A DNA stretch of 25,134 nt from a virus. Taxonomy: Duplodnaviria > Caudoviricetes. The position numbers and the translations under genes were made by a program. Location of the stretch: the IMG/VR virus record IMGVR_UViG_3300007643_000136, positions 1-25,134 of that record. One strand, given 5' to 3'. The notes under the pieces were generated by a model that saw nothing but the letters and a program-made list of their open reading frames with translations, was not told the DNA's origin and did no database searches. Position 1 is the first letter of the stretch. Each line of letters opens with the position of its first letter. Positions 16,215 through 23,952 of this stretch are shown here, piece by piece.

Positions 16215-17723
16215 ATGACCTGCTTGGTCCAAGTCAAAAGTCTGAAAAAGCTGGCAATCCACGCCGCGATCGCGGCCCTCTTCTCCAGTGGCCGCGCCGG
16301 CCCGATCTTGGCCGAGGGCCTCGACTGGGTCAAAGAGAAGGAGCTCACCGAGCAGGCGGCCGAACTGCGGGCCGAGGCCGAGACGCTCATTAAGGGCGCC
16401 GACGAAGCCAAGCGATCGCTCAACGAAGAAGAGCGCAAGCGATTCGACGAGATCGAAGCCGAATGCAAGCGGATCAACGATCTGTTGGCCGACGCCAACA
16501 AGCTGGCCAAGTGGCGACCGAGCAACTCAGTCGATCCCAAAGACACTCAGCCGAAGGGACGCATCGGCCGCGATCGCCAGCCAGGCGACGACGACGACGA
16601 GGACGAAGAACTTGACGATCAGCCCCGCGCGGCGTCGATTCGGATCCCCGCGCAGGCCCGCTTCCGGCACACCCGTTTAACCGCCTACAAGGGCGAGCAT
16701 GCCGAGAAGGCCGCCTACATCGCTGGTCAGTTTATTTTGGCGACGCTGGGACGGCACGAACCCTCAGCGAACTGGTGTCGCTCGCACGGGATTGATACGC
16801 AATTCAGAGGCGCCATGAGCGGCAACAGTAACAGCCTTGGCGGCTACCTGGTTCCGATCGAAATGGAACAGTCGATCATCGATCTGCGGCAACTGTACGG
16901 CGTGTTTCGCCGCGAAGCCCGTGTGGAGCCAATGGCCAGCGACACGAAGACGGTGCCCGTTAGGTCGACGGGTCTGACCGCGTACTTCTCCGGCGACAAC
17001 GTCGCGCTCACCGAAAGCGAAAAGACCTGGTCGCAGGTGTCGCTGATCGCCAAGAAGGTTCACGCGATGACCCGCTACTCTTCGGAGTTGTCGGAGGATT
17101 CGGTCATCGACTTGGCGAACGACCTGACCCAAGAGATCGCCCACGCCTTCTCCCTGAAGGAGGATCAGTGCGGATTCTTGGGCGACGGAACCAGCACCTA
17201 TGGCGGCATCGTTGGCTTACTCAGCGCATTGCTCGCCGGCTCGACCGTCGATGCGGGCAGCGGCAACACCGGCTTTGAAACGCTCGACCTGACCGACTTT
17301 GAGAAGTGCATCGGGAAACTGCCGGAGTTCCCCGGCATCGACCCCAAGTGGTACATCCACAAAGCAGGCTGGGCCGCTTCGATGGCTCGACTGCAGGACG
17401 CCGCCGGCGGCAACACGAACGTGAGTTTGGCGGAAGGCCCGCGACAGATGATGTTTCTGGGCTATCCGGTCGTGTTCAGTCAGGTGCTTAACAGCACGCT
17501 CGGCGCGGACGCCAGCGCTGTTAAATGCTACTTCGGCGATCTTGATATGTCCGTACGCATGGGCAACCGCCGGGGGATCAGCGTGATGCTGTCCGACCAG
17601 CGATACTTTGAGCAAGATCAAATCGCGATCAAGGGAACCGAGCGTTTCGACATCAACGTTCATTCGACCGGATCGGCCACCGAGCCGGGCGCCGTTGTCG
17701 CCCTCAAAACCGCTTCCGGCTAA
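16215..17723 (+). CDS. Major capsid protein, HK97 fold, with N-terminal coiled-coil scaffold (delta) domain
   Basis: GGAGG RBS; coiled-coil N-terminus; GGYLVP, SSELSEDS, FLGDGT, LGYPV, FGDL, ERFD. Confidence 0.95.
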   Translation: MTCLVQVKSLKKLAIHAAIAALFSSGRAGPILAEGLDWVKEKELTEQAAELRAEAETLIKGADEAKRSLNEEERKRFDEIEAECKRINDLLADANKLAKWRPSNSVDPKDTQPKGRIGRDRQPGDDDDEDEELDDQPRAASIRIPAQARFRHTRLTAYKGEHAEKAAYIAGQFILATLGRHEPSANWCRSHGIDTQFRGAMSGNSNSLGGYLVPIEMEQSIIDLRQLYGVFRREARVEPMASDTKTVPVRSTGLTAYFSGDNVALTESEKTWSQVSLIAKKVHAMTRYSSELSEDSVIDLANDLTQEIAHAFSLKEDQCGFLGDGTSTYGGIVGLLSALLAGSTVDAGSGNTGFETLDLTDFEKCIGKLPEFPGIDPKWYIHKAGWAASMARLQDAAGGNTNVSLAEGPRQMMFLGYPVVFSQVLNSTLGADASAVKCYFGDLDMSVRMGNRRGISVMLSDQRYFEQDQIAIKGTERFDINVHSTGSATEPGAVVALKTASG

Positions 17724-17760
17724 CGGTCGTTCGCCGCTTCCGCCGTCTGGCACTCCCTTT

Positions 17761-17776
17761 CATTTCCTCGGAAACA
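17761..17776. promoter_or_regulatory. Palindromic NBS/parS-like site 4, CATTTCCTCGGAAACA
   Basis: Intergenic, 7 nt upstream of ATG 17784. Confidence 0.65.
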
Positions 17777-17783
17777 TAACGAT

Positions 17784-18239
17784 ATGATCCCCTCGCAAAA
17801 CATGAAGGTCATCAACGTCACGCCTCCGGCGGCGATCGTTGACGACGGGTCGTATGCGACCACCGAAGTCGACACGCTCGGCTTTGACTACGCCACGTTT
17901 ATCATCAGCATGGGTGCGACCGACATCGCCATGGCCGCGCTGAAGGTGCAGGAGTCGGACGTTAGCGCCACCGGCCTGGCGGATATCGACGGCGCGGACT
18001 TCGCCGGCGATACCGACGTCGACGGCGCGGCGGCGACCGTCCCCTCCGCGACCGACGACAACAAGGTCTTCATCGTGGAACTCGACCTGCGCAATCGCAA
18101 GCGTTACCTCGACCTGGTCGCCACCGCCGGCGACGGTACGGCCGGATCGTTCATGAGCTGCGTCTGCCTGCTCAGTCGCAGCAAGAGCGGTCTGGAGACG
18201 GCGACCGAGCGGGGCGCGGACATCGTCCTGCGAGTCTAA
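17784..18239 (+). CDS. Putative head decoration/cement protein, 151 aa
   Basis: Immediately after the capsid gene; beta-rich; DTLGFD, KVQESD, KRYLDLV motifs. Confidence 0.7.
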   Translation: MIPSQNMKVINVTPPAAIVDDGSYATTEVDTLGFDYATFIISMGATDIAMAALKVQESDVSATGLADIDGADFAGDTDVDGAAATVPSATDDNKVFIVELDLRNRKRYLDLVATAGDGTAGSFMSCVCLLSRSKSGLETATERGADIVLRV

Positions 18240-18280
18240 GCCGCGGCCGGTTTAGTTGCTCTGTTGACGGAGGAGTTGTC

Positions 18281-18457
18281 GTGGTCGAAGTACGTGTCGT
18301 GAAAGCCTGGAAGCACTACCAGCCCGGCCGCCTACTACAGGTGACCGGGGGCGTGGCCAACGTGCTGTTGCGGCGCGGCATTGTCGAGTTGCTGACCGAG
18401 AGACCCACGTTCGCCAAGCGGACCAAGAATAAGCGAAAGGGGAGCCGTGCGACTTAA
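18281..18457 (+). CDS. 58-aa protein resembling the ribosomal protein L9 N-terminal domain (not in the ORF track)
   Basis: GGAGGAG RBS, GTG start; MVEVRVVKAWKHYQPGRLLQVTGGVANVLLRRGIVE plus basic tail; overlaps the next gene. Confidence 0.7.
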   Translation: MVEVRVVKAWKHYQPGRLLQVTGGVANVLLRRGIVELLTERPTFAKRTKNKRKGSRAT

Positions 18458-19028
18458 GCAAACGGCCGCCCCCGCCGCCGAACCGATCACCGCCGACGAA
18501 GCCAAGGACCACGTGCTTACCACGGAGACCGATCAAGACGATCGCATCACCGCTCTTATTCGAGCGGCGCGGGAGTACGTGGAGCGAATCTCCGGATGGC
18601 AACTGGTGACGGCGACCTGGCGCCAGTCATTTGATGCGTTCCCCGTCAGTGGATCGATCTTGTATGTCCCCCGGCCGCCGCTGCAATCGGTCAGCCAGAT
18701 CACGTACTACGACACGCTTGGCGTTCAGCAAACGCTCGACTCCGCCCTGTATCAGGTCGACGTGGAGGATGAGCCGGGCCGGATCGCCGAGGCCCCGGCC
18801 GCCAGTTGGCCAACGACGGAGAGCAATCGACTGAACGCGGTGCAGATTACCTTTGTCGCCGGCTACGGCGCGGCGGCCGCCGTGCCCGAGGATTGGAAGC
18901 AAGCGATCTACCTGTTGGTCGGCCACTGGTTTGAAAACCGGGAAGCGGTCGGCCAGGTGGGGCCCGAGATTCAGTTGGCGGTGGAGTCGCTGCTAGAGCC
19001 GTTCCGTTTTCATGGAGTCGCTCAGTAA
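18447..19028 (+). CDS. Head-tail connector (HK97 gp6 / phiE125 gp8-like)
   Basis: EPIT.DEAK.H, LI.AAR..VE, PLQSV, F.AGYG, VPEDWKQAIYLLVGHWFENRE. Confidence 0.92.
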   Translation: MRLKQTAAPAAEPITADEAKDHVLTTETDQDDRITALIRAAREYVERISGWQLVTATWRQSFDAFPVSGSILYVPRPPLQSVSQITYYDTLGVQQTLDSALYQVDVEDEPGRIAEAPAASWPTTESNRLNAVQITFVAGYGAAAAVPEDWKQAIYLLVGHWFENREAVGQVGPEIQLAVESLLEPFRFHGVAQ

Positions 19029-19357
19029 TGCGGACCAGCGGCCAGATCGGCAAGCTAAGGCACAAGATCACGATTGAGCAACCGACGCTCGCGCAGAACA
19101 CGGGCGGCCAGCCGACTGCCGCCTGGTCGACCTACAAAACGGCGTGGGCTCGCATCGAGTCGGGCGGCGGGGGAGAGAGCAAGCACTACGCCGAGCAGCT
19201 CGGCCTGGGCCAGGTGCTGATTACGACCAGATACGCCAGCGGCGTGACCACCGACATGCGGATCACCCACAACGGCCGCACACTCAATATCGACCACGTC
19301 GACGACCCGGACGGGCGCCGGCGACGGCTGGTCATTATCGCCAAAGAGATCACCTAA
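19028..19357 (+). CDS. Head closure protein (SPP1 gp16-like)
   Basis: GKLRHKITIEQ, WARIE, TRY..GVTTDMRI. Confidence 0.9.
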   Translation: MRTSGQIGKLRHKITIEQPTLAQNTGGQPTAAWSTYKTAWARIESGGGGESKHYAEQLGLGQVLITTRYASGVTTDMRITHNGRTLNIDHVDDPDGRRRRLVIIAKEIT

Positions 19358-19361
19358 CCCA

Positions 19362-19535
19362 GTGAAAGCCGCCGTGGACCTCGACGCCAAAGAACTCGCC
19401 ACGATGATCACGCTCCGCGTGCGGATCCGCCGCATGCGACGGTGGCGAGTGCGTTTGTGGATCGGTTGTCGCCTGATTCGCCTGGCGTCCTGGGTGATGT
19501 GGGTGCCGGTCGAGATCGAGCAGGTGGAGCCATGA
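19362..19535 (+). CDS. 57-aa Arg/Trp-rich amphipathic protein (not in the ORF track)
   Basis: GTG 4 nt after the previous stop; ends in an ATGA overlap with the next gene; MKAAVDLDAKELATMITLRVRIRRMRRWRVRLWIGCRLIRLASWVMWVPVEIEQVEP. Confidence 0.65.
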   Translation: MKAAVDLDAKELATMITLRVRIRRMRRWRVRLWIGCRLIRLASWVMWVPVEIEQVEP

Positions 19536-19972
19536 GCGGCGCTTACCTCACCGGCGACAAAGGTCTCGACCTGTTCTTCGCCACCGCCGCCGCCAAGCTC
19601 CAAAAGAAGATCGGCGCCAAGGCGGCCCGCGAAACGGCCAAAGGCGTGGCCGACAAAATTATCGAACTCGCGCCGCAAGACGAAGGTGAGTACGTCACCT
19701 CGATTAAGGTCCGCGCGCTGAAGCGATCGCGAAGGAACAAGTACATCGCCGGCGCCCGCGTGGTGACCGACGAGAAGCGATTGCGCGAGATCGCTGAAAA
19801 TGAAGGCCAGACGTTCAATCCGCACTGGCTGGAATTCGGCACGGCCAAAGCTCCAGCTCAGTCGCACTTCCGCGCGGGCGCCGACGTCAGCGAGGCGTTC
19901 TTCCGTTCGGACTTTCGCGCTCGCATTCGGCCGCTAGTGCTGGAGCTGGCGCGGGAGGCGAGAACGCCATGA
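19532..19972 (+). CDS. HK97 gp10-like tail component
   Basis: GGAG RBS; APQDEGEYVTSI, HWLEFGTAKAPAQ. Confidence 0.85.
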   Translation: MSGAYLTGDKGLDLFFATAAAKLQKKIGAKAARETAKGVADKIIELAPQDEGEYVTSIKVRALKRSRRNKYIAGARVVTDEKRLREIAENEGQTFNPHWLEFGTAKAPAQSHFRAGADVSEAFFRSDFRARIRPLVLELAREARTP

Positions 19973-20391
19973 GCGGCATCGGCGAAGCGGTCTACGTCTA
20001 CCTCCAAACAGTGAGCGAGGTGACAGATCTTGTCAGCACGCGCGGCTATCCAGGGAACCTTCCCAAGAAGCCGACGCTGCCGGCATTCACGTACGCGGTG
20101 ATTAGCCAGGCGTCGGACGCGTCCTTGCAGGGTTCGACCGGCTACGTTGCTTCGCGAGTGCAGATCGACGCCTACGCGGCGGAGGATGGCGACGCGGCCG
20201 AACTGGCTACGCAAATTCGCCTGGCGATGCTCGCGCAGCCGCCGCCCGCAATGAACGGCGTCGAGGTCGACGTGGTGACCAAGGATGGCGGCTTTAGCCG
20301 CAGCGAGCAACCCAAAGACGGGTCGGACGCTTGGCGCCACCGACACAGCCAGGATTTTCGCATCGGCCACGAAGAAACCATTCCTTCCTAA
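19969..20391 (+). CDS. Tail terminator/completion protein (DUF3168, gp17-like)
   Basis: RGYP...P..PTLP..TY, RVQIDAYA, gene position. Confidence 0.85.
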   Translation: MSGIGEAVYVYLQTVSEVTDLVSTRGYPGNLPKKPTLPAFTYAVISQASDASLQGSTGYVASRVQIDAYAAEDGDAAELATQIRLAMLAQPPPAMNGVEVDVVTKDGGFSRSEQPKDGSDAWRHRHSQDFRIGHEETIPS

Positions 20392-20406
20392 GCAAAGGCA
20401 ACAAGC

Positions 20407-20847
20407 ATGACAGGCTCACTCGGCCGCAGCGGACACGGCGCCTCGATCGTTTTTGGAACGACCGGCTGGACCGGCATCATTCACAAAATCACCGGCCTCC
20501 ATCGGACCCGTGGGAAGATCGAGATTACCGCGCTCAATTTGGCGGTCAACTCGGAAAAGCAGTACATCCCCGAGGATCTGATCGACTGCGACGAGATCAC
20601 GATCGACTACGAATTCAACCCATCCGCCAGCACGCAAACACCGCTCACCTCCGCGCCCGAAACGATCACCATCACCGCCCCCATGCGATCGGGCGAGTCG
20701 ACGGCGGCGACGCTCGCGGGCTCCGGCTTCGCGACCGACGACAAGCACGGCGATTACGAACGCGGATCCTCCAATCCCATGATGGGCCAGCTCAAATTTC
20801 AGTTCGACGGACTCACCGGCCCCGTGCTAACCGCCGGCAGCGCGTAA
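20407..20847 (+). CDS. Major tail tube protein
   Basis: Position; IEITAL...KQYIPEDLIDCDEITIDYEFNP; beta-rich, 146 aa. Confidence 0.8.
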   Translation: MTGSLGRSGHGASIVFGTTGWTGIIHKITGLHRTRGKIEITALNLAVNSEKQYIPEDLIDCDEITIDYEFNPSASTQTPLTSAPETITITAPMRSGESTAATLAGSGFATDDKHGDYERGSSNPMMGQLKFQFDGLTGPVLTAGSA

Positions 20848-20904
20848 CCATAAGTCGCCTTTCGACACGAAACGAGAACCCCCACACAAACGACGGAGCC
20901 ACAC

Positions 20905-21237
20905 ATGCCCGAGAACGAACCGATGAAGTTGGAACTGCGAAACCATCCCGCGCAGGCTCAACACCCTATCACCAAAAAACCGCTGTTCGACGAACACCGC
21001 AAGCCCGTTCCACTGCTCAAGCACGAACGGGCTATCTACCTTGACGGCGATCATGTTGGCTACTGCACGGCCAAGCCAGGCTTTCCCGTCAACCTGATCG
21101 TGAACTTCCCCGATTCCATGCGCGACATCATCGTGAAGTTCGTGGAGGATGAAATCGGCGCCGTGAGCCACAACTCGATGGTCCCGCCGCCCCCGGAAGA
21201 TCGCGACCCAGAAGACGACGACGACGACGACGAATAG
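20905..21237 (+). CDS. Hypothetical protein with acidic C-terminal tail, 110 aa
   Basis: GGAG RBS; ends PPPPEDRDPEDDDDDDE. Confidence 0.75.
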   Translation: MPENEPMKLELRNHPAQAQHPITKKPLFDEHRKPVPLLKHERAIYLDGDHVGYCTAKPGFPVNLIVNFPDSMRDIIVKFVEDEIGAVSHNSMVPPPPEDRDPEDDDDDDE

Positions 21238-21258
21238 TCGCCTCTCGCTCAGTAGCGG

Positions 21259-21305
21259 AACGCAGAAACCAGATCAACGCAGAAACCAGACGGAGAAAAC
21301 CAAGA
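21259..21305 (+). repeat. Direct repeat AACGCAGAAACCAGA x2 plus a degenerate third copy
   Basis: Exact copies at 21259-21273 and 21276-21290; CGGAGAAAACCAAGA at 21291-21305. Confidence 0.8.
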
Positions 21306-21730
21306 TGGACGCAACACCCAAAGCAAAACCACAGCCCAAGACCTTCGCCGGCCGCGAGCGATTCTTGCGGGGCTTCAAGCGTCGCTACCAGGAAGTGACC
21401 CTTCCGGACGGCGAGATTGTCCGCATTCAAAACCTCAGCGAAGCCGAGAAGTCCCGCGTCGATACGGCCTCGATCGATTACAAGAAGAGCAAGATCGTTC
21501 GCAAGGCGGCCCAACTGAGCCGCGCCCGTCTGTTGGTCGCCTGCATCGTCGACGCCGCCGGGGCCCGATTGTTTGGCGACGATGATACGGAGACGTTGGC
21601 CACCGAACTCGACTCGCGGGATTCGCAGGTGATCTACGCGGCGATTTTGGAGTGGGTGGGAGGCGACGACGAAGACTTTGAAGAGACGGTAAAAAACTCC
21701 GTCGACGACCCCGCCGGCGGTACGCCTTAG
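21305..21730 (+). CDS. Tail assembly chaperone (gpG equivalent)
   Basis: Upstream of the tape measure gene; ARLLVACIVD..G.RLF; ends ETVKNS at a slippery site. Confidence 0.88.
   Translation: MDATPKAKPQPKTFAGRERFLRGFKRRYQEVTLPDGEIVRIQNLSEAEKSRVDTASIDYKKSKIVRKAAQLSRARLLVACIVDAAGARLFGDDDTETLATELDSRDSQVIYAAILEWVGGDDEDFEETVKNSVDDPAGGTP
21691..21697 (+). promoter_or_regulatory. Programmed -1 ribosomal frameshift heptamer A AAA AAC
   Basis: X XXY YYZ pattern in the correct phase (GTA AAA AAC); the -1 frame is open to 22035. Confidence 0.88.
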
Positions 21731-22035
21731 CGCTTGCCGACCGGCGTGGGTCGTTTGCCGTCGACGACCTGTTGGCGCGGATGACGCCGGACGAATTCAA
21801 CGAACGGTTCGCCGCGTGGACGATCGAGCAAGAGGATCGGCGGACGGAACTCTGCACGCTTATCGCCACAATTTTCAACGCGGCCAAAACGATCGTGAAG
21901 GGGGAGACGCTGGAGGAAGGCGAGTGGCTGACCCCCGAGCAACTCCTGCGGACGCCCGACGAAGAAGCGGAAACCGACAACCACTCGATCGACGCCTTCT
22001 TCGCCGCCGCCGCGGCCAAGTGGGGACCGAAGTAA
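21697..22035 (+). CDS. gpT portion of the G-T frameshift chaperone (fusion spans 21305-22035)
   Basis: -1 frame reads LRRRPRRRYALALADRRGSFAVDDLLARMTPDEFNERFAAW. Confidence 0.85.
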   Translation, partial: LRRRPRRRYALALADRRGSFAVDDLLARMTPDEFNERFAAWTIEQEDRRTELCTLIATIFNAAKTIVKGETLEEGEWLTPEQLLRTPDEEAETDNHSIDAFFAAAAAKWGPK

Positions 22036-22051
22036 CATTTCCTGGGAAACG
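22036..22051. promoter_or_regulatory. Palindromic NBS/parS-like site 5, CATTTCCTGGGAAACG
   Basis: Fills most of the 24-nt gap before the tape measure ATG; 14/16 identical to site 4. Confidence 0.65.
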
Positions 22052-22059
22052 TTTCGACC

Positions 22060-23949
22060 ATGGCCACCGCCGGAACACTCGCCGTCAACATCATCGCCAA
22101 CCTGGCGCCCTTCTCGCGCGACATGAAGCAGGCCCGGCGCACGCTCACCGGCTTTGGATCGTCGGTCCTGAAGACGTCGACTCTCTTGATCGGCATGGCG
22201 ACCGCCGCGGCCGGCGTCGGCGTGGTGGGCGGATTTGGCGAAATGATCCGTTCGGCCGAGCAGTTCGACCAGGCGATGCAAAACTCGACCGCGATCATGG
22301 GCGAGTTGTCGGGCTCGATGCGCCGCGACATGGTGGCCGCCGCCAACGAAGTGGCCCTCTCGACCAAGTTCAGCGCGACGCAGGCGGCCGAGGCTTATTT
22401 CTTCCTGGCGTCGGCTGGTCTGGATGCGACGCAGTCCATGGCCGCCATGCCACAAGTCGCGGCGTTCGCGCAGGCGGGTAACTTTGACTTAGCCTTGGCC
22501 ACCGATCTGTTGACCGACGCGCAGTCGGCGCTCGGTATGTCGAGCCGAGACGCCGCTGAAAATCTGACCAATCTAACGCGGGTTTCGGACGTGCTGGTGA
22601 AGGGCAACACCTTAGCCAACGCCAGCGTGCAACAGTTCAGTGAGGCCCTCACCAACAAGGCGGGAGCGGCCCTGCGAATCGTCCACAAGGACGTAGAAGA
22701 AGGCGTCGCCGTGCTGGCCGCCTTCGCCGATCAGGGGATTAAAGGCGCGGAAGCCGGCACCGGCCTCGGTATCGTAATGCGCGATCTGCAAACCAAGGCG
22801 ATACAAAACGCGGCCACCTTCCGAGAGTTCGGGGTGACCGTATTCGATTCCAGCGGATCGATGCAGAACATGGCCGCAATCATCGGCGACTTGGAAACAG
22901 CGCTCGCCGGCATGAGCGACGAACAAGCCAAGCTAACGCTGGCGACGCTCGGCTTCAGTGACAAGTCGGTCGCCTTTGTGCAGACCCTGCTCGGCACTTC
23001 CAGCAAGATCCGCGACTACGAAGCGGCTCTGCGCGGGGCAGGCGGGGCAACCGCCGACATCGCCAACAAACAGATGACGCCGCTGCAGAAGGCGACCAAC
23101 CTGCTGCGGACGAACTTCGATCTCCTCTCGCAGAACATCGCGACTGTCGTCACTCCCACGCTGGTCTCTCTGATTGAATCCGTGTCTACGATTGTGGGAT
23201 GGATGGCGAACTTTGACGTGTCGACGGCAAAAACGATTGTACAAATCGCCGCCTTCAGCGCCGCGTTGCTATTCGCGCTGAAAATCATTCCGATGATCGT
23301 GACGGGGATCAGGACCATCGTTGTCGCTCTACGCACAATGACGATCGCCCAAGCGGTCGCGCAGGCGATGGAAGGCCCGACCGGCTGGGCGACCCTGGCC
23401 GCCTCCATGGCGATCGCCGCCGGCGCCGCCTATGCGGTGGGAACCGCCTTTAACGGTCTCACTGACACGATGGCGGAAACCAGCGTGGAAGCCAAGAAGG
23501 CCGTCGACGCGGCCAAGTCGATCGAGCCGCCCCCCACTCACTCGGACAAACTGGCCGAATTCAAAACGTTGCTCGGCGAGGATGCGGCGGCCATGGATAC
23601 GCTGGCGGTCTCCACCAGCAAAGCAGCCGAGGAGCTGGAAGCCGCCAAGGAGACGATTGAACGGATCCGCGGCTTGGGCGCCCTCGACGTGAGCACCACC
23701 GCCGGTTACACGGCGATGATTCAATTGCGGCAAGCGAGAGCAGACGCGGCGTCCGCAGCCAGCAGCACGCCCGCAGCCAGCGCCGGCAGCTTCGACAAAG
23801 TCGTACGATCGACCGAAGAGGGGACGGCCGCCACTCGCGACGCCGACGCGGCGAGAGCCAAGGAACACAAAGAGCAGCTGGCCGCGCTGACCACGATCGC
23901 CAAGAACTCCGGCAAGCCAGGCCCGACCGTCGTTGTGGGGAGGATCTAG
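22060..23949 (+). CDS. Tail tape measure protein (TP901-family core), 629 aa
   Basis: FDQAM, TKFSATQAAEA..FLASAG, LAAFADQGIKGAEAGT; Ala-rich helical with hydrophobic segments. Confidence 0.95.
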   Translation: MATAGTLAVNIIANLAPFSRDMKQARRTLTGFGSSVLKTSTLLIGMATAAAGVGVVGGFGEMIRSAEQFDQAMQNSTAIMGELSGSMRRDMVAAANEVALSTKFSATQAAEAYFFLASAGLDATQSMAAMPQVAAFAQAGNFDLALATDLLTDAQSALGMSSRDAAENLTNLTRVSDVLVKGNTLANASVQQFSEALTNKAGAALRIVHKDVEEGVAVLAAFADQGIKGAEAGTGLGIVMRDLQTKAIQNAATFREFGVTVFDSSGSMQNMAAIIGDLETALAGMSDEQAKLTLATLGFSDKSVAFVQTLLGTSSKIRDYEAALRGAGGATADIANKQMTPLQKATNLLRTNFDLLSQNIATVVTPTLVSLIESVSTIVGWMANFDVSTAKTIVQIAAFSAALLFALKIIPMIVTGIRTIVVALRTMTIAQAVAQAMEGPTGWATLAASMAIAAGAAYAVGTAFNGLTDTMAETSVEAKKAVDAAKSIEPPPTHSDKLAEFKTLLGEDAAAMDTLAVSTSKAAEELEAAKETIERIRGLGALDVSTTAGYTAMIQLRQARADAASAASSTPAASAGSFDKVVRSTEEGTAATRDADAARAKEHKEQLAALTTIAKNSGKPGPTVVVGRI

Positions 23950-23952
23950 CGA

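Noticed and set aside
21259-21305. Direct repeats as a CRISPR array
   Set aside because: Repeats are 15 nt with a 2-nt gap, so there are no spacers, and no cas genes are present
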